Assembly (NCBI GenBank): GCA_009392285.1
Contig: VFGU01000012.1
Span: 164,045-228,044 of the forward strand
Length of the DNA stretch: 64,000 bases
From: SAR202 cluster bacterium
GTDB lineage: Bacteria > Chloroflexota > Dehalococcoidia > Lucifugimonadales > Lucifugimonadaceae
Reading direction: 5' to 3'
Shown piece after piece: positions 18,299 to 28,241 of this stretch. Position numbers and translations under genes: made by a program. The notes under the pieces were generated by a model. It was given only the letters and a program-made list of their open reading frames with translations, was not told the origin of the DNA and did no database searches. How positions within the stretch are numbered: position 1 is the stretch's first letter; every line of letters starts with the position of its first letter.

Positions 18299-20173
18299 AT
18301 TAATTATCTTTTGTGCAAGTTTACTTGATGATAGTCCGTGATAATCAATAACTTCTTCATTGGTGCCACTTTGTGGAATTTCATCTATCCCTATACTAGA
18401 TAGTTTTGTAGAGGAAATATCTAGGTTTTTAATTATATTAGCAATAAATTTTTCTCCAAAGCCCCCTTCTATATAATGATCATCAATTGTAATCACATGC
18501 CTGAAATCTTTTATTTGACCTTTTATCCAATTCAATGAAAATTTATTAAGCCAAGGAAAAGAAATTAATTTAGGATTTATATTATTTTCTACAAGAAGTT
18601 CTTTTGCTTTCCAAAGTTCTGCAAATATTAGAGGGCTATAGCAAAATATTGCTACTTCTTCTCCTTCAGAAATTACTGTACCCTCTCCCATTTTTATTAC
18701 ATTTTTATTTGGATATTTAAAAGGCAGATCAATAGGCAATGAGCACAATCTTATATATATATTATTGGTTGAATTTACAGCGTATTTTACTGCTAATGCT
18801 GTTTCTATTTCATTTAAAGGTTGTATCATTTCTAAATTAGGAATACCTGACATACTAGCTATATCTCTCACTGCTTGATGGGAGTGACCTGGTCCTCCCG
18901 GAAGTAAACCCGCTAGAGAACCTACATAAATTATTTTGGTTTTTTCTGTGGAATTATTATAGATCTGTTCATTTGGTCTACTAGTTAAAAAACTAGAAAA
19001 TGAATGAACAAATGGTATATAACCCTCTTTTGCAAACGATCCTGCCTGAGAAACCATGTCTTGTTCAGCAATTCCGCACTCAAAAAATCTATTTGGAAAT
19101 TTCTTTTCAAATTCAATTAATCCAGTGTCTAAAATTAAATCCCCATCTAATGCTATTATTCTTTCATTAGAAGATGCTTCATTAATGAGAGCTTTCGAGT
19201 AAGCATTAATAAGATTTTCGCTACCATTATTAACTTTCTTCTTATTTATAACTTCTTTATTTGAAAAATTAAAACTGTAATCTATGTTATTTGAATTGAT
19301 ATAATCATTTAATCTATCAACCAACTCTTTTATACCCTTGTTATAAGTTTCTTGATCTATTGATCCACTATGGAATTGATAAAATTCATCATCATTTAAC
19401 ATTGTTCCTTCCATAAATGAAACCCCACTTCCTTTCACAGTGTCTAAAATTATTACAGAGGGTTCATTTTCTTTAGAAATCCTATTAAATGCTTTTGAAA
19501 ATTCTTCAACATTATTACCGTCACAACGGACTGTATTAAGTCCAAATGATTTAAATTTACCTTCTAGATCTTTTAGGTCACTAGTGGTGCTAACTTTTCT
19601 GTCAGACTGAAATTTATTACTATCAACAAGGATTACTAATTCTTCCATTTTTTCTTGAACTAATCTGTTCATAGACTCCCATATTTGACCTTCTTGGAGT
19701 TCTCCATCGCCAGTCATAACGAAAACTTTACAATTTTTGTTTTTTAATCTGTTTGATTTTATTATTCCTTTTGCTTTAGAGATTCCCATTCCTAAAGATC
19801 CAGTGTTGGTAAAAATATTTGGAGTATTTATATCTGGATGACCAGGTAGGCCATCAATTTTTCTTAATTTATCAATTAATGAGAAGTTTAATTGCCCTAA
19901 AGATATCATTGCGCAATACATTGCTGGAGCGTCATGGCCTTTTGAAGAGAAGAAATATACATTTTCTTCCTTATTACTTATTTCTCCCATCACCCATGAC
20001 ATAACATCAATAGAACTAAACGAAGATCCAATATGACCTGACCCAGCATTACATATCATATAAAGTATATTTATTCTGCATAAATCAGAAAAAATTTTAT
20101 TTTTATGTAAAGGGTCTATTTCAATTGATAGCAAAGACTCAAAACTTTCTTTGTTTATATAAGATAGATTCAT
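18284..20173 (-). CDS. Fused (N+C section) transketolase-family TPP enzyme
   Basis: GHIGSSFS and GDGELQEGQIWES (PP domain), ECGIAEQDMVSQAGSFA (Pyr domain); 629 aa. It is the last gene of the neuB-led minus-strand string. Confidence 0.8.
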   Translation of the reverse strand: MNLSYINKESFESLLSIEIDPLHKNKIFSDLCRINILYMICNAGSGHIGSSFSSIDVMSWVMGEISNKEENVYFFSSKGHDAPAMYCAMISLGQLNFSLIDKLRKIDGLPGHPDINTPNIFTNTGSLGMGISKAKGIIKSNRLKNKNCKVFVMTGDGELQEGQIWESMNRLVQEKMEELVILVDSNKFQSDRKVSTTSDLKDLEGKFKSFGLNTVRCDGNNVEEFSKAFNRISKENEPSVIILDTVKGSGVSFMEGTMLNDDEFYQFHSGSIDQETYNKGIKELVDRLNDYINSNNIDYSFNFSNKEVINKKKVNNGSENLINAYSKALINEASSNERIIALDGDLILDTGLIEFEKKFPNRFFECGIAEQDMVSQAGSFAKEGYIPFVHSFSSFLTSRPNEQIYNNSTEKTKIIYVGSLAGLLPGGPGHSHQAVRDIASMSGIPNLEMIQPLNEIETALAVKYAVNSTNNIYIRLCSLPIDLPFKYPNKNVIKMGEGTVISEGEEVAIFCYSPLIFAELWKAKELLVENNINPKLISFPWLNKFSLNWIKGQIKDFRHVITIDDHYIEGGFGEKFIANIIKNLDISSTKLSSIGIDEIPQSGTNEEVIDYHGLSSSKLAQKIINLIKS

Positions 20174-20174
20174 A

Positions 20175-20933
20175 TTAATATGGCCTTTTATTTATTACAG
20201 GAAGTGTCGCTGTGCCGTTAGAGATTAGAATATTTGCTAATTCCCAATCTTCTTCAATATTTAAATCAAACCCTTCATCATTCATTGTAATAAAAGGGAT
20301 TACAGTATCTCCAGATATATTATTATATTTATTTACTGTTTCAGTGTATGCAATCTCTAAACTAGCATTTTGAACATATACCTCTGGCAGAGAGGGATAC
20401 TGCGAACTATGTAATGGCTGACCCAGAGGCCCTTTTTCTTCAAGGTTAACAAATGGAACCATATAATCATCTTCTATTTTCCACATTTTACATGGATGCT
20501 GAAGGCACTTTTCTACAGCTCTAAGAGAATCGCATTTTACAGAATTGAATAAATCAAAAGCCCTCAATATGGTTTCAGGTTTTCTGAATGGACTTGTTGG
20601 CCTCAAAATACTAAAGATTTTATAATCGGAACCATTATCTTTTAGATAATCTAAGGAATGTTTTACCCATTCTATATCTGGAGAGGTATCCTCTGCGTAT
20701 TCTTTAGGACGCATGAATGGAACATTAGCACCATAATATTCTGCTATCTCTTTTATATCTTCAGAGTCTGTAGAGACAATTATTTCATCAAATATATTAC
20801 TATTTGATGCAGATTGTATCGTATAAGCAATTAATGGGTGCTCTTTTAATTTATTTATATTTTTGTTTTTAACCCTTTTTGAGCCTGATCTTGCAGGTAT
20901 AAGTGCTATAGTTTTATTGCCCATATTTACCAA
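20175..20933 (-). CDS. neuA: Acylneuraminate (nonulosonate) cytidylyltransferase
   Basis: IALIPARSGSKRVKNKNI and LRPTSPFR. Confidence 0.88.
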   Translation of the reverse strand: MVNMGNKTIALIPARSGSKRVKNKNINKLKEHPLIAYTIQSASNSNIFDEIIVSTDSEDIKEIAEYYGANVPFMRPKEYAEDTSPDIEWVKHSLDYLKDNGSDYKIFSILRPTSPFRKPETILRAFDLFNSVKCDSLRAVEKCLQHPCKMWKIEDDYMVPFVNLEEKGPLGQPLHSSQYPSLPEVYVQNASLEIAYTETVNKYNNISGDTVIPFITMNDEGFDLNIEEDWELANILISNGTATLPVINKRPY

Positions 20934-21730
20934 GCTGTCCAGCCACCATCAATTATCATATTACTTCCAGTTATATATGATGATGCCGAACTAATTAGGA
21001 ATTGTATTGCCCCATTATATTCAGATTCATTTGCCATTCTTCCTAAAGGAACTTTTGAAGAGTAATTTTCTATAAATTCTTTATCTTGATTATCTAAAAC
21101 ACCTCCTAAAGTTAGAGTGTTTACTCTCACATTTTTATTGCCCCAATATGTGCTTAAGTACCTAGTCATATTAAGGATTCCAGATTTTGAAGCCGAATAA
21201 GATATAGGTTTGTTAAAGGTTTTTTCTCTATATTCATAAATTCTTTGGTCTGGAGAAATAATTCCATAATGAGATGAAATATTTATAATAGAACCAGAGT
21301 TATTTTTGGCCATCTCGGCACCAATTATCTGGCAACTAAGGAAGACACTTTTTAAGTTAGCCTCCATTATTTTATCCCAAGCCATCTCTGGATAATCTTC
21401 GAAAGGCCCATTTTGATCTTCTTCAGATCCTGGAGGTGAATCTAAGGCAGCATTATTAATTAAAGCATCAGGAACTCCAAGTTCATTAATCACTTGATTC
21501 AGTGACTCAGATATATCTTCCTTTTTTGTTAGATCAGTTTTAAAGAAAAAATAATTTTTATCTAGTAATTTATTAAGATTATCGGAGGGCGTATTTATAT
21601 CAAAATTGCAAATCACTGCACCATTATTTATAAGGTGATTTGTATAAATAGAGCCAAGTTTTCCGCTCCCACCTGTTAAAATAATGATCTTATCTTTTAT
21701 GTCAAAGATATTTTTTGATTTATTATTCAT
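20927..21730 (-). CDS. Short-chain dehydrogenase/reductase
   Basis: TGGSGKLGS Rossmann motif, NISS, and YSASK catalytic motif. Confidence 0.85.
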   Translation of the reverse strand: MNNKSKNIFDIKDKIIILTGGSGKLGSIYTNHLINNGAVICNFDINTPSDNLNKLLDKNYFFFKTDLTKKEDISESLNQVINELGVPDALINNAALDSPPGSEEDQNGPFEDYPEMAWDKIMEANLKSVFLSCQIIGAEMAKNNSGSIINISSHYGIISPDQRIYEYREKTFNKPISYSASKSGILNMTRYLSTYWGNKNVRVNTLTLGGVLDNQDKEFIENYSSKVPLGRMANESEYNGAIQFLISSASSYITGSNMIIDGGWTAW

Positions 21731-21740
21731 ATCTAGAAAG

Positions 21741-22262
21741 TCATTGATTTAATCTTTCGATTATATCGCAAACCTCTCTAACTGCACCATTCCCACCTTT
21801 GAGAACAGTTACATATTTAGCGAAATTAATTATTTCTGGGTGTGAATCCCTAACAACAATCGGTAGACCGCAAATCTTCAAGGCTCCAATATCATTTATA
21901 TCATTACCTACGAATGCTATATTTTTTAAATCAATTTTTTGATTTATAGAAATCTCTTTTAGTTTTTCTTCCTTGTGCGCTAAACCGTATTCACAATCTA
22001 TGTTTAATTTTTCTGCTCTTTTTTTTACACTTTCATTGGTTTCAGTGGAGAGTATTACCTTTTTTATTCCTAGGCTATCTAATTTACTTAACCCAAATCC
22101 ATCTAATTTGGATGATTTAACCATTTCTTCGCCTTTATCGTTTGAGTAGACGTAGTTATCTGTAAAAACCCCGTCAAAATCAAAGGCTACAAGTTTTATA
22201 TTTTTGAATAGATTTTTAGTTTTTTCTGGAATTTCATTTATGTGATCTAAATAATTTTCCAT
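21741..22262 (-). CDS. KdsC-type HAD phosphatase (ulosonate-phosphate phosphatase family)
   Basis: AFDFDGVFTDN motif I and VGNDINDIGAL motif; 173 aa, the KdsC / KDN-9-P phosphatase size class. Confidence 0.8.
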   Translation of the reverse strand: MENYLDHINEIPEKTKNLFKNIKLVAFDFDGVFTDNYVYSNDKGEEMVKSSKLDGFGLSKLDSLGIKKVILSTETNESVKKRAEKLNIDCEYGLAHKEEKLKEISINQKIDLKNIAFVGNDINDIGALKICGLPIVVRDSHPEIINFAKYVTVLKGGNGAVREVCDIIERLNQ

Positions 22263-22266
22263 TAGT

Positions 22267-23316
22267 TTATTCTATATCTTCAATCTGAAGAGTTTCATCC
22301 AGTTTGTAATCTTTCGTTAGTTTTTTACCTAGTACTTTTTCTAGCTCATTTGGTGAGATACCGTCTCCAGGAGACTTAAATGATAAATCATCTAAATTAA
22401 TAATAGAGCCTTTAGTTAAATCTTTTTTAGCAACTATTTTTTTGCCCATTTTAAATCTCGCAAGTTTTTCCTCTGATAACAATTTTTTTTCAGGATCACC
22501 TAATGAGAGCCTTACATTTTCTAATTCATCAATAAGTTCTTTTAATAGTTTAGGAGTTAACGAAAACTGATGGTCGGTTCCTTTTTGGGATCTATCTAGA
22601 GTAAAGTGTTTTTCTATAAACCTTGCACCTAACGCATAAGCTGCAACAGGTATTGAAATGCCTGAATCATGGCCTGAGTAACCTATTACAGTGCTAGGAA
22701 ATTCATCTCTATAGGTGCTGATTACATTAAGATTTATTGTTATTGGCTTTGCTGGATATATAGAAGTACATTGCATAATTACCACATTCGGGTTTATATC
22801 AATAACAAAATCAAAAGTTTTTTTAACTTCCCAAAAATCAGCAGCCCCAGTACTTATAATCATTGGTTTTTCAAATTTTGCTACCTTTTCTATTAACGGA
22901 AAAGTAGTTAGATCTCCAGATGCAATCTTGAAGCAATTAAGCCCCATTTCATTCAAGAAATCTGCACTTTTTAGATCAAATGGAGTTGCAAAGAATGTTA
23001 TTCCATTTTTTTCAGAGAATTTAAAGAGTTCTTCAAAATCATTATCACTTAACTCTAATTTGTCTCTATGCTCACCATATGTTGATGCAAAACTTTGAGG
23101 GCCAACATAAGATGAATTAAACATTTCTGAAGTAAATAATTCTTTATTATCCCTTTTTTGAAATTTTACCGCTGAAGCCCCACTTTCTTTTGCAGAAATT
23201 ATCATTTCTTTTGCATTATCTAAGTTGCCTTGATGATTATTGCCTATCTCTGCAATTACATAACATCTTGCTTCATCGTTAACCAATGTTTTATTAAAAA
23301 TGATTTCTCTAGCCAT
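22267..23316 (-). CDS. neuB: N-acylneuraminate/nonulosonate (-9-phosphate?) synthase with SAF domain
   Basis: IAEIGNNHQG, the NeuB TIM-barrel pattern, and a C-terminal SAF domain (KKIVAKKDLTKGSII). Confidence 0.9.
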   Translation of the reverse strand: MAREIIFNKTLVNDEARCYVIAEIGNNHQGNLDNAKEMIISAKESGASAVKFQKRDNKELFTSEMFNSSYVGPQSFASTYGEHRDKLELSDNDFEELFKFSEKNGITFFATPFDLKSADFLNEMGLNCFKIASGDLTTFPLIEKVAKFEKPMIISTGAADFWEVKKTFDFVIDINPNVVIMQCTSIYPAKPITINLNVISTYRDEFPSTVIGYSGHDSGISIPVAAYALGARFIEKHFTLDRSQKGTDHQFSLTPKLLKELIDELENVRLSLGDPEKKLLSEEKLARFKMGKKIVAKKDLTKGSIINLDDLSFKSPGDGISPNELEKVLGKKLTKDYKLDETLQIEDIE

Positions 23317-23366
23317 CTTCTCTACAATTTAATTAAAATACGATTTTACCTAATTAGATAGATATT

Positions 23367-24527
23367 TTGAAAATAGTTTACATTACAAACGCCAGATTAC
23401 CGACCGAAAAGGCTCATGGAGTCCAAATTTTGAAAATGATTAAAGCGTTTTCAGGTTTAGGAAACCAAACTGTATTGGTTCACCCAAAACGACATCAGAG
23501 AGAAATTTCCCATAAAACTGATGTATTTGATTTTTATCAAATGGAAAAGGTTTTTCAAGTTAAATCTTTAAAATTTATTGATCCTTATATTTTTCGCCCA
23601 TTTATGCCCAAATTTTTATATAGATTTTTCTCATTTATAATAGATTTTATCTGGGGCATTTTTTCGATTAATTATACTAAGAAATATAGCCCCGATTTCT
23701 TGATTTTTAGGGATAATACTCCATTTAGTTTATTTTTTTCATATTTTTCTGGAATTCCTAGTGTAATTGAGTTTCATGATATGCCCCCACTAATATCAAA
23801 AAGAATATTCAAATTTACTTTAAAACGAGCAAAAAAAATTAAGTGTTTTAGTGTTACAAAAAAATTATCTTTGGATTTAGAGAATTATTTTGGTCTTGAT
23901 GGAGGTTCAATTAAAGTTTTGCAGGATGCTGTAGACTTAGAAGATTATATAGGTAAACCTAAAATTAAGAGTTCTTCAGACATGCCAATTTTAACCTATT
24001 GCGGCTCTTTAAGTCATGAAAAAGGAGTAGATTTATTATTAGAAACTGCAACTAATTTAGAGGGTTTTCAAATAATAATAGTTGGAGGACTAGGCGCAGA
24101 GGTAAAAATTTATTCTGAAAAAGCCAAAAAAATGAATATTGATAATATTAGGTTTATTGGCCAAGTATTACCTTCAGAAGTCCCTAATTACCTCAATTCT
24201 TCAGATATTTTGTTATTACCTTCAAGTGCAAAATCAAAGAAATCTAGAGAATATACTTCTGCAATGAAACTTTTCGAATATCTGGCATCAGGGATCCCAA
24301 TTATTGCATCTAATATACCCTCAAATACTGAAATTTTAACTGGAGATAAAAATTGCATTTTATTTAATCCTGATGATTCGGACAGTCTAGTTCGAGAAAT
24401 AAAAAAACTTTGGCAAAATTATGACTTGAGAGAAAAGATATCTCATAATTCTATTGAATTATCTAAAGAGTTTACCTGGGAAAACAGATGTAAAGTAATA
24501 ATTGACGAGATAAAACAAATCAAATGA
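23367..24527 (+). CDS. Glycosyltransferase family 4 (GT-B)
   Basis: EKGVDLLLE and the EX7E-type region SAMKLFEYLASGIPIIAS. TTG start. Confidence 0.85.
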   Translation: MKIVYITNARLPTEKAHGVQILKMIKAFSGLGNQTVLVHPKRHQREISHKTDVFDFYQMEKVFQVKSLKFIDPYIFRPFMPKFLYRFFSFIIDFIWGIFSINYTKKYSPDFLIFRDNTPFSLFFSYFSGIPSVIEFHDMPPLISKRIFKFTLKRAKKIKCFSVTKKLSLDLENYFGLDGGSIKVLQDAVDLEDYIGKPKIKSSSDMPILTYCGSLSHEKGVDLLLETATNLEGFQIIIVGGLGAEVKIYSEKAKKMNIDNIRFIGQVLPSEVPNYLNSSDILLLPSSAKSKKSREYTSAMKLFEYLASGIPIIASNIPSNTEILTGDKNCILFNPDDSDSLVREIKKLWQNYDLREKISHNSIELSKEFTWENRCKVIIDEIKQIK

Positions 24528-25651
24528 ATTCATCTAATAAAAAACTTATAGCCATATTCGCACCTTTCCTAAATCCTGTAGGTGTAAAAAGAGCTACTTT
24601 TGGCCTTGCAAAAGAATTTTCTAAAAGTGGTTATGAGATAGATATGCTAAGCATACATAAAGAGTGGAATGATTTAGATTTATTAGAAAATATGAGATTA
24701 ATTAGGCTTTCCGACATTTTTAATAATTTTCCGACTACTGGTTATATTAAATTCAGATTAGTTTCTTTTCTTATCGCAGCCAGAACCATTTTTACTATTT
24801 CTAGTTATCTTAAGAAGAATAAACCAGGAATACTTTTTGTATCGATGATGCCAGTAGTCGCATGGCTTGGTTTGAAGATATCGGGGCAAAGATCATCTAC
24901 AAAGTTGGTAATTAGTGTCCAAGGTTTTCCAATAAATAATTTCTTTAGAAGATTTTTATGGAGAAGGGTTTTTCAGGATTCTCAAGATGTAATAGCTGAG
25001 TCAGAAAGTTTGAAAAGTAAATTAGAAAATATGACAGGGAATAGTAATCTAAATTATATTTACAATCCGCATTTTGAAAATCAGCATGATTTTGATGCAA
25101 ATTTTAATAATATAAATGAGGAAAATGATTTCATATTAGGCCTAGGACGACTTACTAAGCAAAAAAATTTTAAATTATTAATTCATGCATTTAGTAATTT
25201 GACTAATATCGATAATCTTGACTTATTAATTATTGGCGATGGAGAGGAAAAGGCTAATTTAGATAAGTTAATTGAAAAGTTAGATTTATCATCAAGGGTT
25301 AAATTGTTAGGTGAGATAAAAAATCCATTAGGATATATAAAGAAAGCACGAATATTGATTATTCCATCTTTGTGGGAAGGCCTTCCAAGAGTTGCTGTTG
25401 AGGCTCAAGCCCTCAGAACACCTATTATTTCTTCATGTCACGAAGGAGGGCTTGGTGAGATATTGATGAATGGTGATGCAGGCCAAATTACTGGAAAAAA
25501 TGATCCAATAGAAATGAAGAATGCTATTGAAAAATATATACAAGATGAGGATCTTGCTAAGAGTCATGCTGATTTTGCCTTTAAGAATTTGAATAGGTTT
25601 TCGCTTTCTTCTTCAGCAAAAAAATATCTAAATATTTTTTCGAGGTACTGA
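24524..25651 (+). CDS. Glycosyltransferase family 4 (GT-B)
   Basis: GRLTKQKNF and PSLWEGLPRVAVEAQALRTPIISS. Confidence 0.85.
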   Translation: MNSSNKKLIAIFAPFLNPVGVKRATFGLAKEFSKSGYEIDMLSIHKEWNDLDLLENMRLIRLSDIFNNFPTTGYIKFRLVSFLIAARTIFTISSYLKKNKPGILFVSMMPVVAWLGLKISGQRSSTKLVISVQGFPINNFFRRFLWRRVFQDSQDVIAESESLKSKLENMTGNSNLNYIYNPHFENQHDFDANFNNINEENDFILGLGRLTKQKNFKLLIHAFSNLTNIDNLDLLIIGDGEEKANLDKLIEKLDLSSRVKLLGEIKNPLGYIKKARILIIPSLWEGLPRVAVEAQALRTPIISSCHEGGLGEILMNGDAGQITGKNDPIEMKNAIEKYIQDEDLAKSHADFAFKNLNRFSLSSSAKKYLNIFSRY

Positions 25652-25652
25652 T

Positions 25653-26570
25653 ATGTACAAAGTTGATGATATTACAGTATTAATAGCAACAAAAGACAGG
25701 GTTGATGAAATTGAAAGAGCAATTCAAAGTTCGATAAACCAATCACTTAAAGTTAATATAGTGGTTCTCGATGATTCTTCTGAAATAAATATAAAAGAAA
25801 AACTTGAAGATAAATTTAAAGATAAGCCTATTAAATGGATGAGATCTAGTGCGCCATCTGGAGTAGCTGGGGCAAGAAATAAGCTTGTTGAAGGGTCTGA
25901 GGGGTCTATAATGGTTTTCTTAGATGATGACGCTTATTTTACTGATAAATATTCTCTAGAAAATATTATAAAAAAATTTTCCACTTCTGATGAAATTGCA
26001 GGAATGGCTTTCAAAATAATATTAAGACAAAATGATGATGGCCTTCAAATTCCTTTTAATAGGTTAAAAAGATTTTTAAATAAAAATATTCATAATGAAG
26101 AGTCTGATGTGTCTTATTATGTCGGCGCAGGGCATGTGTTATTAAGAGAAACTTTTGAAAAAGTTGGGGGCTATGACTCTGAACTTTTTTACGGACTTGA
26201 AGAACTGGATATTAGTTCCGAGATAATAAAAGAAGATAAAAAAATAATTTATTTTCCTCAAGTTCAAGTAATACACGAACCCAAGAAATCGGTTGTAGAT
26301 AAGAAGAATAAATTAAAGGATGAAGCTTATTACAGCATAAGAAATAGAATTTGGGTTTCTTATAAACATCTTCCAGCAATGTATCTAGTAGTACACCTAA
26401 CAGTATGGGGTTCATTTTATTTTTTGAAGTCATTGCTTAAATTCCAATTAGGGAAATTTTTTATCGCTACTTTTGAAGGTTTTAAAAAGTTGAATTCCAA
26501 AGATAGGAAGCCATTTAATTCTAGTGCCCTAAAGTATCTTAAGAGAAACAATGGGAGGCTTTGGTATTAA
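25653..26570 (+). CDS. Glycosyltransferase family 2 (GT-A)
   Basis: VLIATKDR, VVLDDSS and FLDDDAYF (DXD). Confidence 0.85.
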   Translation: MYKVDDITVLIATKDRVDEIERAIQSSINQSLKVNIVVLDDSSEINIKEKLEDKFKDKPIKWMRSSAPSGVAGARNKLVEGSEGSIMVFLDDDAYFTDKYSLENIIKKFSTSDEIAGMAFKIILRQNDDGLQIPFNRLKRFLNKNIHNEESDVSYYVGAGHVLLRETFEKVGGYDSELFYGLEELDISSEIIKEDKKIIYFPQVQVIHEPKKSVVDKKNKLKDEAYYSIRNRIWVSYKHLPAMYLVVHLTVWGSFYFLKSLLKFQLGKFFIATFEGFKKLNSKDRKPFNSSALKYLKRNNGRLWY

Positions 26571-27628
26571 ATATGGATGATTATTTAAAGGTTGGAATTT
26601 CAGTAATAATACCTACACGAAATGAAGAAGATTACATTGAAGAATGTATAAATTCTCTTTTAAATTGCCGGAGTATTCAGGCATCTAATTTTATTGTTGA
26701 TTTTATAATTGTAGATGGAATGAGCACAGATAAAACAGTAGATATTATTAAAGAAAAATTTGGTCATTTGAATTTAAAAATTTTAAATAACCCTAATCTT
26801 TATCAGTCATATGCCATGAATATTGGAATTGAAAATAGCAATAATATAAACGAAACTTCATTGATTATTAGAGCCGATGCTCATTCGAAATATCCTCAAG
26901 ATTATATTTTTCAATGTTGGCAAGCCTCCTTTAATACTTGGGGAGGGAATGCGGGATCTGTTCAAAAGGCAGTAGGAACTAATTTCTTTACAAGGATTGT
27001 TGCTGATGTAATGAATTCAGGGTATGCGATGGGGGGTGTTAGTTATAGAAATATAAAATATGATCCATTTAATCCAACAACTCAATATATTGATTCGGAT
27101 ACAGCATATCTTGGCAGCTGGAAAAGATCAGATTTAATTGAGTTAGGAGGTTTTAATGAAGAGTTTCAAATTAATGAAGATTATGAATTAAATATTAGAT
27201 TAAGGAATAATGGAAGGAAGGTAATTGTAGTTTCAGATTTAATTGTTGAATACTTTGTTAGAAGTTCTTTATTCGGTTTGATAAAACAATTTTTTAGATA
27301 TGGTTTATGGAAAACTAAGACATTGTCTTTACATCCTGACTCTTTAAAATTAAGACAGTTAGCTCCTGTTTCATTTGTATTATTTTTATTTGTATTAGGA
27401 ATTGGAAATTTAATTTTTGCGGGTGACTTATTATTATTTATTAATGCATCATCAATATTGATAGGGACTCTTTGGTTGATTATGATTTTATTAATTTGGA
27501 AAAATTCTTCAAATTTATTCAGCATCTTTTTGATTCCTTTTATTGTGCTATCAATGCATATTTCTTGGGGTCTAGGATTCTTGTATGGTCTTATAAGATG
27601 GGCTAGAGGAGGATGGAATAAATCTTGA
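26561..27628 (+). CDS. Glycosyltransferase family 2, ExoA-like, with C-terminal TM helices
   Basis: ISVIIPTRNEE, IIVDGMSTD, RADAHSKYPQDY, and about three C-terminal TM segments. Confidence 0.8.
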   Translation: MVLNMDDYLKVGISVIIPTRNEEDYIEECINSLLNCRSIQASNFIVDFIIVDGMSTDKTVDIIKEKFGHLNLKILNNPNLYQSYAMNIGIENSNNINETSLIIRADAHSKYPQDYIFQCWQASFNTWGGNAGSVQKAVGTNFFTRIVADVMNSGYAMGGVSYRNIKYDPFNPTTQYIDSDTAYLGSWKRSDLIELGGFNEEFQINEDYELNIRLRNNGRKVIVVSDLIVEYFVRSSLFGLIKQFFRYGLWKTKTLSLHPDSLKLRQLAPVSFVLFLFVLGIGNLIFAGDLLLFINASSILIGTLWLIMILLIWKNSSNLFSIFLIPFIVLSMHISWGLGFLYGLIRWARGGWNKS

Positions 27629-28239
27629 GATCTAGAACTTATAAATTAAAAAGACCACTTGATATATTAATGATAATAGGTGGATTACTGCTTCCTTTAT
27701 TATGGCCTCTGTGGTTAATAGTAATATTCATTATCCCCTTGTTAATTTGGATAGAAGATAGGGGCCCAATTTTTTATTCTCAAGATAGAATTGGTAAAAA
27801 TAAAAAAGTTTTTAAAGTTATTAAGTTTAGGACTATGATACCTGATGCAGAGAAGGTTTCTGGTGCAGTATGGTCCACAAAAGATGATCCTAGAATTACT
27901 AAAATTGGACATATTCTCAGAAGGACAGCACTAGATGAGATTCCTCAATTACTCAATATATTAAAAGGTGAGATGAGTTTTGTTGGGCCTAGAGCTGAAC
28001 GACCAGAACTTCATGAAAAGTTTGCAAAAGAGATTCCGGGTTTTGATAAAAGATTAGATGTTACTCCTGGGTTATCAGGATTAGCACAGATAAATGGCTC
28101 ATATGATTTAGACCCTAAGGATAAGTTAGTATTTGATATTGATTATTCACAAAAGATGAGTTTATTTTTTGATATAAAAATAATAATAATTTCTGTATTT
28201 AATAGTATTGCTGCTAAATGGGATCAGCCAGATAAATGA
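27625..28239 (+). CDS. Small (PglC-like) polyprenyl-phosphate phosphoglycosyl transferase
   Basis: Bacterial sugar transferase motifs RPLD, DEIPQLLNILKGEMSFVGPRAERPE; 204 aa with one N-terminal membrane segment. Confidence 0.88.
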   Translation: MRSRTYKLKRPLDILMIIGGLLLPLLWPLWLIVIFIIPLLIWIEDRGPIFYSQDRIGKNKKVFKVIKFRTMIPDAEKVSGAVWSTKDDPRITKIGHILRRTALDEIPQLLNILKGEMSFVGPRAERPELHEKFAKEIPGFDKRLDVTPGLSGLAQINGSYDLDPKDKLVFDIDYSQKMSLFFDIKIIIISVFNSIAAKWDQPDK

Positions 28240-28241
28240 TA

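Noticed and set aside
27181-27525. 114-aa minus-strand ORF
   Set aside because: It is antisense to the TM-rich C-terminus of the ExoA-like GT2 gene.
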